DNA from: Callorhinchus milii
Lineage: Eukaryota
Assembly (NCBI RefSeq): GCF_018977255.1
Contig: NW_024704743.1
Span: 49,912,001 to 49,976,000, forward strand
DNA: 64,000 nt
Direction: 5' to 3'
The notes beneath the pieces are model-generated. The model was not told the origin of the DNA, ran no database searches, and worked only from the letters and a program-made list of their open reading frames with translations. The translations under genes were made by a program, and so were the position numbers. Of the stretch, positions 25,114 through 38,447 are shown one piece after another. How positions within the stretch are numbered: position 1 is the first letter of the stretch; each line of letters starts with the position of its first letter.

Positions 25114-25769
25114 CTGAAAGCACACTAATGATAGAAAATTAGTTCGACTCATGCGAATGTTCAGGGAGCTGCTTCTTGACAGCCCCGTGGGCCATTTCGA
25201 CAGGTCCGCCACCATTGTCCTAGACACTTGTAGGCTCAGTCACAAGTCCATCCCATTCCCAAGGAGACCAGGGTAGGCCAAACAAATGTGCAGCAGGGTA
25301 ACTGTAACTTATCATAGGATGTAGCACAGAAACAGGCCATTCGGTCCATCAAATCTGAGATGATGTTTTAAATAATAATCATACTTATATTTGGTATAAT
25401 CCCTTTCACATTGAAGGACCTCTCAAAGCTCTTCATAGGATATACTATAAAGTGTAGTGACTGCAGATAATTTGCGCACAAGCAGCTAATAAGTGAGTGA
25501 CCAATTTTATCTGGAGGATTGTTGGCTAGGATAGCTCACTTCTCTTTGTTAATAGTGCCACGGGATCTTTAACATCCACCAGAACAGGCACAGGCAAGAC
25601 CTCAGTTTTATGTCTCATCTGAAGAACTGCCCAGGAGACAAAGCAGTGCACCCCCACATTAGCCACCAAGCCTAAACTCAATCTTGTTTGCTCTTCGATA
25701 TCCCTCTTTCTGAAATGCTGCCAATGATCATCTCCACGCCAATAGAGAGAAACACTTTCCTTTGGTTGA

Positions 25770-26065
25770 TCGGTAACCAGAGGACACAGATTTAAGATAA
25801 TTGGAAAAAGAACCAGAGGGGAGACAAGGAGATTTCTTTTTTACTCAGAAAGTTGTCACGATCTGGAGTGCACTACCTGAAAGGGTGACAAAAGGAGATT
25901 CAAGAGTAGCGTCCAAAAGGGAATTGGATAGCACTTGAAAAGGAAAAAATTGCAGGCCTATGGAGTAAGAGCGAGGAAGTGGGTCTAGTTGGATAGCTCT
26001 TTCAAAAAACCCGCACTAGCAAGATGGGCCAAATGGCCTCTTTCTGTGCTATAAGATTCTATGAA
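25770..26065 (+). mobile_element. CR1 3' end
   Basis: ACCAGAGGACACAGATTTAAG...ACTCAGAAAGTTGT...GGGCCAAATGGCCTC...ATTCTATG. Confidence 0.85.
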
Positions 26066-26174
26066 TAGGCTCCTCTCAGATTAAAGGCAGGAGATCAGTT
26101 GCTGTTTGTCATGATTAATTGTTATTCTATCATGTATTGTTTCTGACTAACCAGAAATTATAGCACTGCAGCTT

Positions 26175-26343
26175 CATTTTCAATCCAGGACTGTTTGTGG
26201 GACATTGCTGTGCGCAATTGGCTGCCGCGTTCGCCCACAAATATACGGTCAATTCACTTTACAGTCTATTCTGTGAAGCGCTTTGGGACGTCTAGAAGAC
26301 ATGAAAAGCGCTATATCAAATGCAAGGATTATTATTATTATTA
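26175..26343 (+). mobile_element. 5'-truncated tRNA-Ala SINE
   Basis: SINE body and (TAT)n tail. Confidence 0.9.
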
Positions 26344-27084
26344 TTCCCCATATCAAATCCTATTGGATTTTTACCTGCAAGGCATTTTCCACCCCATTGA
26401 AAATCCTCCTGCACTAGACAGATTTCAAGAGAAGTCTGATGAGTTCCTTCCCTGTGAAGCATACTGGCCCAGATGCTCACAGCCCCTGAAACATTGCATT
26501 TTTCTGTGAAGCTTAACAATATACGCTATAATATTCCTTACATTTGGTAAAATGTCTATCACGTTGGGAGGACGTCCCAGTGCCCTTCACAGAATATACT
26601 GTAAAGTGTAGTGACTGTGCATCTTGTAGACAAATTATTAGACTTATAAGATGCACAAAGACTATTCTTGCATGGGTCATTATATCTCAGAGCGATTGTT
26701 CTGAATACTTCCAATTATTGCAGGTATTTTTTTACTTCATCCCACTTCTTTCTGTCCTAGTTGGTAGCACTCTCCCTTCTGCGTCAGAAGATTGTGGGTC
26801 CGGGCTTGAGTACATTGCCTAAGCTGATACCCAGTCCAGTCTGCCTTTAACAATTGTTAGAGGTGCTGTCTATTTAATGAGGTGTTAATCAGGCAAGTTC
26901 ACAATCACAATCATTGTTATCCACCAATTTTCTCCCCTCGCCCCTGGTGGAGATTTGCCTCCTTCTTGGCACACGGCTGCACAGATACAATCTGCCCTGA
27001 AGAGCACGGCCCAATTGGCTATTAACCAGTTGCGAACCTTGATGCAAGTGTAAATAAAACTGAGCAAAAGTTGGGGCATTATAT

Positions 27085-27310
27085 CCCATGCCTCATCCTG
27101 TCCATGGAATGTGTATTTCTAGCAGAGCCAATGGATAGTGAACAGAAGCTGGAGTCCTAGCTCCATGTGCCAGGGATGCTAAGGTCAATACTTTTGCCTC
27201 TACCACTATCCAAGATGATATTCACTAATTCAGTAAAGATCAGAAATCAAACTGGGGCCATGCTTGCTGTGTGTGGCACAGCTATTTACCTAAAAAGTTC
27301 ACTGAATTAC
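27085..27310 (-). mobile_element. Possible very old AmnSINE2-like tRNA SINE (related remnant at ~24445-24660, plus strand)
   Basis: Residual motifs on the minus strand (CACTATCCA, GGACAGGAT) resemble that family as recalled; highly diverged. Confidence 0.3.
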
Positions 27311-27758
27311 AGGGGAACAATCTGAGGATTACAACCACACAGTTCACCTACTGGTCATGGTCAATATACTTAATAGAAATGTTGTGAAGGACTCTAAGGC
27401 ATTCCCATTTTTTAAAATTATTTTTGTTCAAGTCCAATCCTTGTTTTAATTACTTTTGTTAAAACAACATCTGCTATAAAAATCTCTTTCAACCATGTTC
27501 TTCAGATATACAGTACTTCATTGGTGGTGTAACTCAGACTCTGGAAGTATTACCGCAGCAATTCTTTTGGCGTTCAACAACAAGTAGCCTGAAGAAGCAC
27601 TGATCATAGGAACTTCAGGACTTTGCCTCTCGGCCATAAGCTATTGAAGTGAACGAATGCATGATTAGAGAGCTGGTGTTAGTTCAGTGAAAAAAAAGCT
27701 CTGCTTTGATGTCTGTTTGAGGTTTCAGCAGGTTAGAACAAACACTGACCCAAATACA

Positions 27759-28032
27759 AGACTAGACACAACTGGATTAGGATTCTACAGAAAACTGACA
27801 AGTAAGGACAATGATTACTAACCTCTCCATTTGCTCATTTGTTACCTATCTTAAATTGTAACCCTCTTGCCATTGGCTGTGTAGATGTGGGCTAACTTAA
27901 AATAATAATAATAATAATCCTTGCATTTGATATAGCGCTTTTCATGTCGGGAGGACGTCCCAAAGCGCTTCACAGACTAGACACAACTGGATTAGGATTC
28001 TACAGAAAACTGACAAGTAAGGACAATGATTA
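27759..28032. repeat. Perfect 59-bp direct repeat (27759-27817, 27974-28032) flanking a 159-bp copy of 30234-30392
   Basis: Base-by-base identity read from the sequence. Confidence 0.95.
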
Positions 28033-28109
28033 TGTTATATAATAGTGCTGAAACATTTCTTATCTGTTATCCATCAAAAATAGGACAGGAAGGTTGCAGT
28101 CCAGTTTGT

Positions 28110-28418
28110 AATAATAATAATCCTTGCATTTGATATAGCGCTTTTCACGTCTTCTAGACATCTCAAAGCGCTTCACAGAATATACTGTAAAGTGAATTGA
28201 CTGTATATTTGTGGGCGAAATGTGGCAGCCAATTGCATACAGCACTATCCCACAAACAGTCGTGGATTGAAGTAACCAATTTATTAGTTTTTTTTTCTTG
28301 AGGGATTATTATTAGGCATGTGGAGTAAGGAAACTTGCCCAACGTTTTACCCTGCCGAGAATCGAACCCAGGTCTCTCGCTTGAGAGGTGAGTGCTCTAT
28401 CCACTGAGCTACAGGACT
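28110..28418 (-). mobile_element. tRNA-Ala SINE, short variant with older tail loop
   Basis: Full head; tail GAGATGTCTAGAAGACGTGAAAAGCGC. Confidence 0.9.
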
Positions 28419-29249
28419 GTTGTTCCAATTGTCAAGTAGCCCAGGCAAAATTCTGCACAAAAAAATCTGGCCAACCTCATAGTGTGAGGAGGATAACACC
28501 TTACAGCTGACTGTTGAAAGGCATGTTACAGGGTGCACCTAGACCTCCAAAAGTGTTTGACAATGTTTATTCTTAGGTTCATCACGTGTAACGTCCAAGT
28601 TCCAGCATGCTCAGAGAGACTGTTAGTTTCCATGTGAAAGACAGTGCCAATATTAAGACAAACAATACAAATGACAGTATAAATTTACATTTATATAGCA
28701 CCTTGCACATTGGGAGTCGCAAGACACTGACAGTCCAGGGTTTGCAGTTAACAAAGCTGGTGCTGGGGGAGGTGGGGGAGACAGGTGAGGGTGATAGGGG
28801 TGAGAAGGGGTGGAGGGTGGATGAACCCACAGAAGAAAGCCTTGAGGTGGACCTTGAAGGAGGTGAGGGAAGTGCAAGGGAATACAAATGGAAATGTTAT
28901 CAGATTTTTTGTAAGGTTTAATTATTGATAGATAAACTGACGTTAAGATAAAATATATAAAATAAAATACTCTTGGCTTTTTTTAATCAAAAATGTGACT
29001 TACATGAAGCAGTTGAGGGTGAAATTATTTTTAAACAATCTTTCTCCTCTCTATATATTTGCCATAGAGGCTTAGGTCATTTTACCTATTTTAACTTCTG
29101 TTTAATCACGTGAGAAAGCGCTTGATCAAATGCAAGGATTATTATTATTATTATTATTTTAGTATTATTATTGTTTTTATCACTACTTTTAGCAGCAGTT
29201 ACCTGTGAAATGCGTCCAAGCATTTCAACATGACAGGCACTATATTAAA

Positions 29250-29585
29250 TAATAATAATCCTTATCATGTCTTCAAGACGACTCAAAGTGCTTCACAGAA
29301 TATACAGTATAGTGAATTGACTGTATATTTTATGGGCGAAATGCGGCAGCCAATTGTGCACAGGAGGGTTGCACAAATAGTCGTGGATTGAAGTGACCAA
29401 TTTATTATTTTTTTTAAGGAATTATTAACCCCGGAAAAGCAATTACCAATCGACTTAACAACCGGGTTCCTACTTACTGCTAGGTAAACAGAGATATGTG
29501 GAGTAAGGAAACTTGCCCAACATTTTGTCCTGCCAGGAATCGAACCCAGGTCTCTCGCTTGCGAGGCGAGTGCTCCAACCACTGA
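29250..29585 (-). mobile_element. tRNA-Ala SINE, long variant
   Basis: Contains CTCTGTTTACCTAGCAGTAAGTAGGAACCCGGTTGTTA segment. Confidence 0.85.
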
Positions 29586-29987
29586 ATGGGAGGATTATTT
29601 TTATAATCCCTTCACCTGATTCCCTTTTGGTCTTATTTTTCTTTTAATCAGATCAAATCCTGGCCTTCTCCTCCATCACACCACCTTTCAGTCACCAATT
29701 GGTGGCCTCTTTTTCTCGTTTCCTACTGATTCCAACTTTCTGCTAGGTTTCTGCTCCAAGTCTCATTTTCAGATCAATTTCTGCAACCCGATCACTAGAC
29801 TCTAAATACATTAAACAAAAGCCTAATATAACACAAAGGTCCAGGGTCAATCAAATGTGCCATCGGTGCATTAATTACAGTTAATTATCCTAATTCTATG
29901 AAGAAAAATCAACAGGAAAATATTTTTTTTGGTAAATTTAATACTGTAATATATCAATGTACAAAATGGTATATTTACACTCACAAA

Positions 29988-30290
29988 ACCATAGAACGAT
30001 AGACATTTACAGCACAGAAGAAGTCCATTCGGCGCATTGTGTCTATGCCAGCTCTTTCAAGAACAATCCTTTCAGTTGCATTTTATCTGGCCTTTCTCGA
30101 TACCCTTGTAGTTTACTCCTTTTTAGATATTTATCTTGTTCACTATTGAAAGTTAATATAGATTCTGCCTCAACCACTGTTCCCAGCAGGGCATTCCATA
30201 TCCTAACTGCTCTGTATGTGAAAAAAATCTCTCCTAACCTCTCCATTTGCTCATTTGTTACCTATCTTAAATTGTAACCCTCTTGCCATT
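29988..30290 (-). mobile_element. CR1 3' end
   Basis: FFTYRAVRIWNAL...VVEAESILTF...DKYL. Confidence 0.85.
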
Positions 30291-30316
30291 GGCTGTGTAG
30301 ATGTGGGCTAACTTAA

Positions 30317-30639
30317 AATAATAATAATAATAATCCTTGCATTTGATATAGCGCTTTTCATGTCGGGAGGACGTCCCAAAGCGCTTCACAGAATATACTG
30401 TAAAGTGAATTGACTGTATATTTGTGGGCGAACGCGGCAGCCAATTGCGCACAGCAGTGTCCCACAAACAGTCGTAGATTGGAAATTGACCAGTTTATTA
30501 TTGTTTGGGGTTTTTGGAGGGATTATTATTAGGCGTGTGGAGTAAGGAAACTTGCCCAAGGTTTCGCCCTGCCTGGAATTGAACTCAGGTCTCTCACTTG
30601 CAAAGCGAGTGCTCTAACCACTGAGCTACAGGACTCCAC
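30317..30639 (-). mobile_element. Full-length young tRNA-Ala SINE
   Basis: Intact A/B boxes, near-identical to 62284-62591. Confidence 0.95.
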
Positions 30640-33600
30640 TTAGTTTCTACCATTTATCATTTTCCAACATGCAAGCTACACATCTAGGGCTTGACTTGTG
30701 AAAATTAAGTTGGCTGCTGTACAAGTAGTCTCAATGGAAATATTATCAATTTGAGAATTCAAATCTCTGGACACTTGTAAAGTTAATGACCTTCAGAAAA
30801 CTATCGTGATGCAGGGCAGGTTTTCAGGAATCTGATTTTTTAACTCTTGTTGGTTATCGTCAATGCAAGTGAAAAATCAGAAATTATATTCTCTTTTCTA
30901 AAATAATAAGTGTTTGCCACAGACATGTTTTGTTTCTAAAATTTCACAGCTGGTAATTTATATCAGTCTTACCATTATTTATAAAAAGTTTAAATTCTGT
31001 ATTCTGTCCAACCTGTTAAGAGTTTTGCAACATCCTCCTAAGGTGAAAAGCTCATTTGCACGTCATTCTGCACATCTCTCGTTACAACCCCCGCCACCTC
31101 CCCCAACAACCTGCTTCATCATTGATGGCTGTGCCTTCAGCCACTACACCACAAGACAGTAGAAGTCCTTGGCTCAATCCCTCTGCCTTGCTCCCTTGTT
31201 GCCTACTTTCAGATCGCACCTGAAGAGCTTCCTCTTTGACTGTACCTATGGTCATATCCCCTTTCTCCCCAGATCGGCAAGTAGAAAGCATCCTTATATA
31301 TTTATATGCTATATATATATATACAATACAAAATTACATTTGTAAAGTGTCTTTCACGTTGGGAGGACGTCCCAAGGCATTGAACAGTCGAGGTCATTAG
31401 GGGGAGTGTTGGGATCAGGGAAGGTGGAGGTCAGAGAGGGTAGCCAAAAGCAAGTTCAAAGATGGAAGTATATGAGCATCCTTATATACAGCATAAGTAT
31501 ATAAGCCTGCAGAAAAGAGAGATTTTCAAAGTAAAAAACAAATCTTGAGGACCAATTGAGCCAACATTTATACTTAATGTGGTCTAATTTACTGTATTTC
31601 AGAGTTAATTTCTTCAACAAACAATCCCATTAGAATTTCCCATTGACTTGTGAAAAAGCAAAATGGATCATGTGGGAGCAGAGTTCCTGCATGGTGAAAT
31701 GATGCACTTAGGTTTAACATGAAGGCGTTCCCATTTGCAAGACGCAGACTGCTTATTATAGAATGTTATTAAGAAATACTGCAAACTAAAGTGTAGCGAC
31801 TGTATATTTTCCTTTGCATAATCCAAATGCAAGGATTATTATTATTGTCTCTATTAAAAGAGGCAGAATCTGAACACCAGCTGTTAAAGGGTCTGTAGGA
31901 TGAATTCTAAAGTACTTATTTTTAGGTACATCAGACAGAGGATAAGAGTGCACATGTCCAAGGTTGTGAAGAGCAGACTCCAAGAACTATTTTGCTACAC
32001 AGACAGTAGTCAATAGCTGGAATAGGTTATCAGGAAGGCTGGTAGGGGACTTGAATATAAAAGTGACTTATACTATATTGTGCTAGCCCTTTTGATGTGA
32101 AAGGCGCTACACAAATGTAATTTGTTGTTGTTGTGCTATGCAATATATTGATGGCATCACTGAGAAATCAACGAGGGACCCTCTTGGAATTGGAAGGCAT
32201 CAGGGTAACAAAAGTACAGTGAAGGATTCTGTACTTTAATTAATTTTGTTTCTTTCATTCTGCCAAAAATTCTGTTGATTATTGAACTGAAGTCCTTAAA
32301 ATAACTTGCAGTCTTAAAATAATGAAACACTAATTTCAAATAGAATTGAAGACAATACATTCAAAATCTACATCTTGATCCTTATCCTCTCTGTACAGGT
32401 CACCGGATCAGTTTCTTGCATTAGGAGTCTCTCTGATTCGTGAACCTGAGCCCGGCTGAATAATGTCATAATAATCAGTATAACTACTAACATTCAACTG
32501 GCTTGTATATGCCATTGTGATCCAGAAATCTATAATCTAACCTCCAATATATAACAAACAATAGAAAAGAGCATTTTCTTAAACTGCCCTTGGCTTGTGT
32601 GGCAAAACAAAAATTTCTACTAGATCCAATCATAACAGTCCTAATGTCCCTGCAGAGATTTGACATGTACAGGCTGAACATGTAGTATAAATCCTATTCC
32701 AAGGATTGCGTTAACACAAAATCTTGCATAAATCATGCAAAAATGATGCCTGTATGCAAAAATTGGCACACCATGAGTACCATGTATGCAATTTGTTTTA
32801 CAATCCAGGACTTGTCAGTTAACTTTATTGTCAGATGATCATGCGTAACACGGACCAATAACAACAACAAGAACAAGATTGCATTTATAGGGCGCCTTTC
32901 ACGTCGGGAGGACGTCCCAAGGCACTGAAAGCTGGCATGTTTAATTTTGGTCCAACCCCCAAGACCTGTCAATCTGTTAAACCTAAGTACCATGAATTTT
33001 GTTTTCAATGTCAGGAGATAACTGGATGTGGTGCCCTTTCTTTAAAAGCTGAATTAGTGTTGTGTACCTTGAAGAGAGTGATTTGGACTGGTAGCATAAA
33101 TCCTGCTCTGAATCTCTACTGCCTGAAGTGTTACATGATGCTGGTTAGTGGGACATTCCTGTGTGCAAATTGGCTGTTGCATTCAGCTTCAAATACACAG
33201 TCACTACACTTCACTGTACATTCTGTGAAGTGCTATGAGACTTTCTTCCAATGTTAGAGGTGCTGTACAAATTTCAAGGATTATTTATTATTTGATTTAA
33301 GTAACAGCAGTTAGCTTGCTCACTATAAAAGTGCATTACAATGGCTTGGATGCCATCTATTTATAGCACATCGCTGTCGCTGTCAGCATTCAACCTTATA
33401 TTCCTCAAGATTCTGCCTGACATTGGAGAGTTTGCTGAAACTGGTCACAGGTCAACTTTTCAAAAAAAAAATTGAGTTTTGAAAAGCAAATAACAAGCTC
33501 AATCGTGGACTTTCCCAGTAACTTGAAAAGTGGGCAACTGCACAAAATCTAAAGATTGCTGAAATAAATTGTGAATCCGCTAAACTGGATGAAAATGGCC

Positions 33601-34895
33601 CTTCTACGCTCTGAACAAGCAGCATTCTATCATAATAATCCTTTTTTTCACATATTTTCAAGCACATCTAATGGTGTTTATACTGTTACTATGGGTCAGT
33701 ATACAGGCTTGTGTACTATGCTTGTGTACATTGTGCTTATGTACATTAAAACTATTTTTATTAAGTGAGGAAGCAAAAGGAAATGGTTCTCTTGGCTCAT
33801 GGCTTATTCTTACACAAAATTATCAGGTTTCCACATCAAATGTTCCTTTCAATATGATGTTTTGATGTACAGTGGTACATAATTCAGAAGCAACCACTAA
33901 TACAAAATAGGCACGAGGGGGAGGTGGTGGGTGTAGCTCCCACATGCATAGTTTGAGGTAAAATAAATAATCATGATAATAATAATCCTTACATATCCTT
34001 TTGCAGGATATACTGTGAAGTGTCGTGACTGTGTGTTTCTGGATGAGTCCTGGATAAGAGCTAACTTTCTTCAGTTGAACATCAACAAGACCGAGGCTCT
34101 CCTGATTAGCTCCCGTCAGCGCCTCCACACCTCAGATGCTGACAGCATCACTATCCATGGATCCATCAATTCCTGAGCCCAGCAAAGCGGCAGAACTACA
34201 AGATACTGCTGATAACCAATACAGCCAGTCTGGCTTATCAGCAGGACTTAGATGGCTAGATCAGTTGCTGGCAACAGGGATGCTTCCCACTCGGCTCCTG
34301 ATTATCCTGCAAGCCAAAGCATGAATGGGTAGGGTGGTCCTATTTTGACAATCAATGGGAAATTTGCCAGAATAACATGATCATATCAACAGTATGCAGG
34401 TGTCAATAGTAAATGGGATTTTCAGCAAATGATGGTGATAGTCAACATTGGAATCCAGTTATTACATAAAATTAATGAAGCTAAACATCCTCAGACATAG
34501 TTACATTTGGCTCTATTCCCTTCTTATGTCTAACTGTGACAAATATAGCATAAATAACTTGTTTTAACTGATTTATTTCAATTTTAATGAGAAATCTGTC
34601 AAGCAAGCCTTCCCTGTCAACGTAATAAAAACAATTCATGTGAAGAAACTGACATCAAAATTAAATATATTTTAAAAAATGATAAAAGCAGCACAACTTA
34701 CAGGAATTTCATAAACTAGGTAAGTCGGGCAATTAATTTTCTCAAGATACTTTAGTAAGGCTGTTTATCTTTGAATAAAGGCTAAACTAAAGTTTAAAAT
34801 CTATACTTCAGGAACATCAAAACTAAATATGCAAATCCTTCATTATACTGTGTGTACCTTGGTTTACAGTTCTGTTATATTAAGAAGGTGACCTT

Positions 34896-35715
34896 CAACA
34901 ACAACAACAAGATTTCATTTATAGAGCGCCTTTCACATCGGGAGGACGTCCCAAGGCGTTGGACAGTTGGGTCAGGACTTGAGCATTGGGGGGAAATGGT
35001 CAGGGTGAAGGGAGGGAAGGGAGGGAGTGAGGAGGGGGTAGAGAGTCGAGAAGGGAGCTGAAGGCTCGGTCAAAGAGAAAGGTCTTGAGACCGGCCTTGA
35101 AGGAGGAAAGGGAGGAGGTGGCGAAGGCACTGGGGGATGGAGTTCCAGAGCCTCGGGGCTGAGAGGCTGAAGGCCCGGCTACCGATGGTAGGGCGGTTGG
35201 GGCGGGGGATGTGGAGCAGACCGGAGCCAGAGGAACGGAGGGTACAGGCAGGTAAGTAGAGGGATAGTAGGTCGGAGAGGTAGGAGGGAGCAAGGCAGTG
35301 AATGGCCTTGTAGGTAAGGATGAGGACCTTGAATTCGATCCTCTGGGGGATGGGGAGCCAGTGGAGGCGAGCGAGGGTGGGAGTGATGTGGTCCCGAAGC
35401 CTGGTGCGGGACAGTACACGAGCTGCAGAGTTCTGAATGACCTGCAGCTTGTGGAGGGAGGTGCCGGGAAGGCCGGCGAGGAGAGAGTTCCCATAGTCCA
35501 GCCTTGAGGTGATAAAGGCGTGGACCAGTGTTTCAGGAGCGTGAGGGGTGAGGTAGTGCCGTAGTCTGGCGATGTTTTGGAGGTGATGGAAGGCGGTGCC
35601 AGTTGTGGCGCAGATATGAGGAAGAAAGGACAGCTCAGGGTTGAACAGAACGCCGAGGTTCCTGACTGGCTTTGAGAGGTGGAGAGTGCAGCCTTGGATG
35701 CTGATGCTGTCAGAC
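34896..35715 (-). mobile_element. L2 3' portion (tail type B)
   Basis: ORF 35070-35864: [50 protein letters not shown]. Confidence 0.95.
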
Positions 35716-35721
35716 TTTAGG

Positions 35722-35952
35722 ATTTTTTTTTGCTCCGAGTTGTTGGGATGTGGAATGCCCTGACAGTAAAGTGGTTGAGGCAGAATCCACCGTGGGTTGC
35801 AAAAAGGAAGCAGACATGTACATGAAGGTAAAGACTTCAAGAGTATGGGGATAGGGCAGAGCAATGGGATTAAATGAACAATTTACTCTGAGAACTGGCA
35901 AAGGCTCGATGGGCCAAATGACCTCCCTCTGCGCTATAAATTTCTATGGTTC
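35722..35952 (+). mobile_element. CR1 3' end abutting the L2 5' junction
   Basis: GAGTTGTTGGGATGTGGAATGCCC...GGGCCAAATGACCTCC...TTCTATGGTTCTAT. Confidence 0.8.
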
Positions 35953-36807
35953 TATATCAGACAAAAATACAATTTCATTGCAAAAGTCTATTATTCGATT
36001 TGTCTGTGGCTGGATTACTTCTGGACAGCCCTGGAAATTAGAGGCTGAATGTGAAAGATTATACTTTTAAAAGCAGCACAGTTTACAGGAATTTTGGCAA
36101 GTAGATAAGTCAGGCAATTAACTTTCTCAAGATACTTTAACAAGGCTGTTTACTTAAGGCTTTCATTTTGACAAATTGTATTTTTCAAGCGCTAAAAAGT
36201 CCAAATAATTATGAATTGTTTTGCTCTCCCCTTTTCTAACATTAAAAGCTCAACATTTTACAAACAGAGGTTTGGTTTGATTTTCTTTTTATATATCCTG
36301 AACAGAATTCGGAAGAAATCAACGAAACTTGAAAAAGCATAGCTCAAAGAGCAAAAGCTCCATTGATATGACATTGTACCAAATGTAACCAAATGGGATA
36401 GAACATAACAGAATTTCCTACCTGAAGTCAATTTCTGCACAGGCCCAACACAAGAATTGCTTGCTCCATTATCTTAGTGTTTAAGAAAAAAAGGTTTGCC
36501 TTGATTTTCCGCTATAAACCTAGCAGTAGGTAACTATTCATAGGCTGCCAAGAAACAAGAGCTGTTCTTTCATAAGGTTCACAATGTACATGCCATTATG
36601 TTAAATTGTTTTGTATTTGTGCGGGTTTCCTTGACCTTAGAAAGAAGTTTAAGCGCCACAAAAAAAGATATTGGAATCACATCCCAGGGGCAAAATCACC
36701 TATGATGGTGTTCAAATCCATTTACCCACCCTTTCTTCAAAATCAAATGTCTTGAATCATGTGTTGAATGACTTAGGTGATCTATGCTCACTGTGCCGCA
36801 TATAATA

Positions 36808-37175
36808 TTTTTTTTAGTCAGCCGGATGTCTGAAACCCATCACCACTTTGAAGAGTATCCAAACCAAACTGAGAATTCCATGCCGCCTCTGGCTAGCTTC
36901 CTGCTGCTTGTCCGACAAGGAGGAGCTTTGGCTTGCAGGGTTAACAGGAGCTGAGTGAAAAGAATTCCTGCTCCCAGTGAATGGTCTGCCGCACTAAGTC
37001 CTGCCGAGGACCCGGGCTGGCTGTGCTGTCATCAACAGTGGAAGACTGTGGACCCACCTGACTCAGGAACTGGACTATTGAGCGTACCACAGAGGGCTGG
37101 CTCGATTCTAACATTCAGCCAGTTCAGCTCCAAGGAAGCACTGCTTACCTCCCCACCAGGAGGATAGTCACTAGT
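36808..37175 (-). repeat. Unclassified repeat copy 3 (internally deleted)
   Basis: TTTTTAGTCAGCCGGATGTCTGA...AAGAGTATCCAAACC...CAGCTCCAAGGA...GGAGGATAGTCACT. Confidence 0.75.
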
Positions 37176-37355
37176 TGCATAAACAAACTGCTGGAGGAAG
37201 TGAATCTGTCCATCAAGTCTGTTCCAGCAATATATTAGATCATGTTCTAATTCCAGACTCATTCTTAGCAATATCCTCAGTTCCTTCTCTCGTGGAAGAT
37301 TATAATACATTGGCACGAGAAATGAGGAATTGGCTGGGAGAGAGCTTTGCCTCAG

Positions 37356-37985
37356 GAACATAAGAATAGGAACTGGCCATTCAGCCCCTCAAGCCTGTTC
37401 CACCATGATCTGTACCTCAAATCCATTTACCCACCTTTTCGCCATATCCCTTTGTACCTTTACTTATAAAATATCGATCGATCTCAGCCTTGAAAACTCC
37501 AATTGACCCGGCATCCATACCTTTTGGGGGAGAGAGTTCCAGATTTTCAAAAGCTTTTGTGTGAAAAAATGCCACCTGGTTTTACTCCTAATTGGCCTTG
37601 TTCTTATTTTAAGATTATGCCCCCTTGGATTCCCCCACCAGAGGAAACGTTTCTCTGTAGCTACCCTATCAAGTTCCTTTATCATTTTAAACACCTTGAC
37701 TGGATCACCTCTCAGCCTTCTGAACTTCAGGAAATACAAACCAGGTTTATGCATCCTATATTCATAATTTAACCCTTTCATCACGGTATTATTTTGTTGA
37801 ATCTGTGCTGTAGTCCCTCCAAGGCTAATATATCCTTCCTGAGGTGACCAAAACTGAATGCAGTACTCCAGATGGGGTCTGAGCAGGGCTCTGTACAACT
37901 GAATCCTCACTTCCTCGCTTGTGTATTCCAACCCCTTGAGATAAAGCCAACATTCCATTAGTCTTTTTGATTGCTTTCTGTAGCT
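37356..37985 (-). mobile_element. CR1 3' portion
   Basis: LYRALLRPHLEYCIQFWSP, RRLRGD, VFKMIK, RGHNLKI, FFTQKLLKIWNSLP. Confidence 0.92.
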
Positions 37986-38447
37986 TTAGAGCTGAAGTTC
38001 CTTCGAGCGAGGAAGACTGTACCCGATAGCAGTAATCCAATATTCTTTTTCATGCATTCAAACTTCACAAACAGTTAGGAAGTGACTGATTAGTTCACCT
38101 GGATGATTGTTGCTTGGACAGTGCAAAAACTCCTTTCTCTATTCGAATCGTGTCATGGGATTTTTAACATCTACGTAAACAATGTTAACACTACATTGGA
38201 CTCTGATATATAAATGCTGTTGTGACATTCAATACAGAGGTAATAGAACAATCAATTGATATCTTTTTCTTAACTCTTCTTTCGTCCAGAATAGTATTGA
38301 TGGAAGTATTCAACTGATTTGATGTCATTTTTTTAAAACTGATTTGCAATTAAGAAGAGATACGTTTAACATTTACCTACTGCATTAGTGATGTAGTTAA
38401 AGCTTCAGGCTCCAAGCAAAAAAAAATGTTTTTCCTTTTTTTAATCT

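Noticed and set aside
27759..28032. Repeat-spacer-repeat layout resembling CRISPR
   Set aside because: Eukaryotic context, only two 59-bp repeats, spacer copied from a nearby locus, no cas genes
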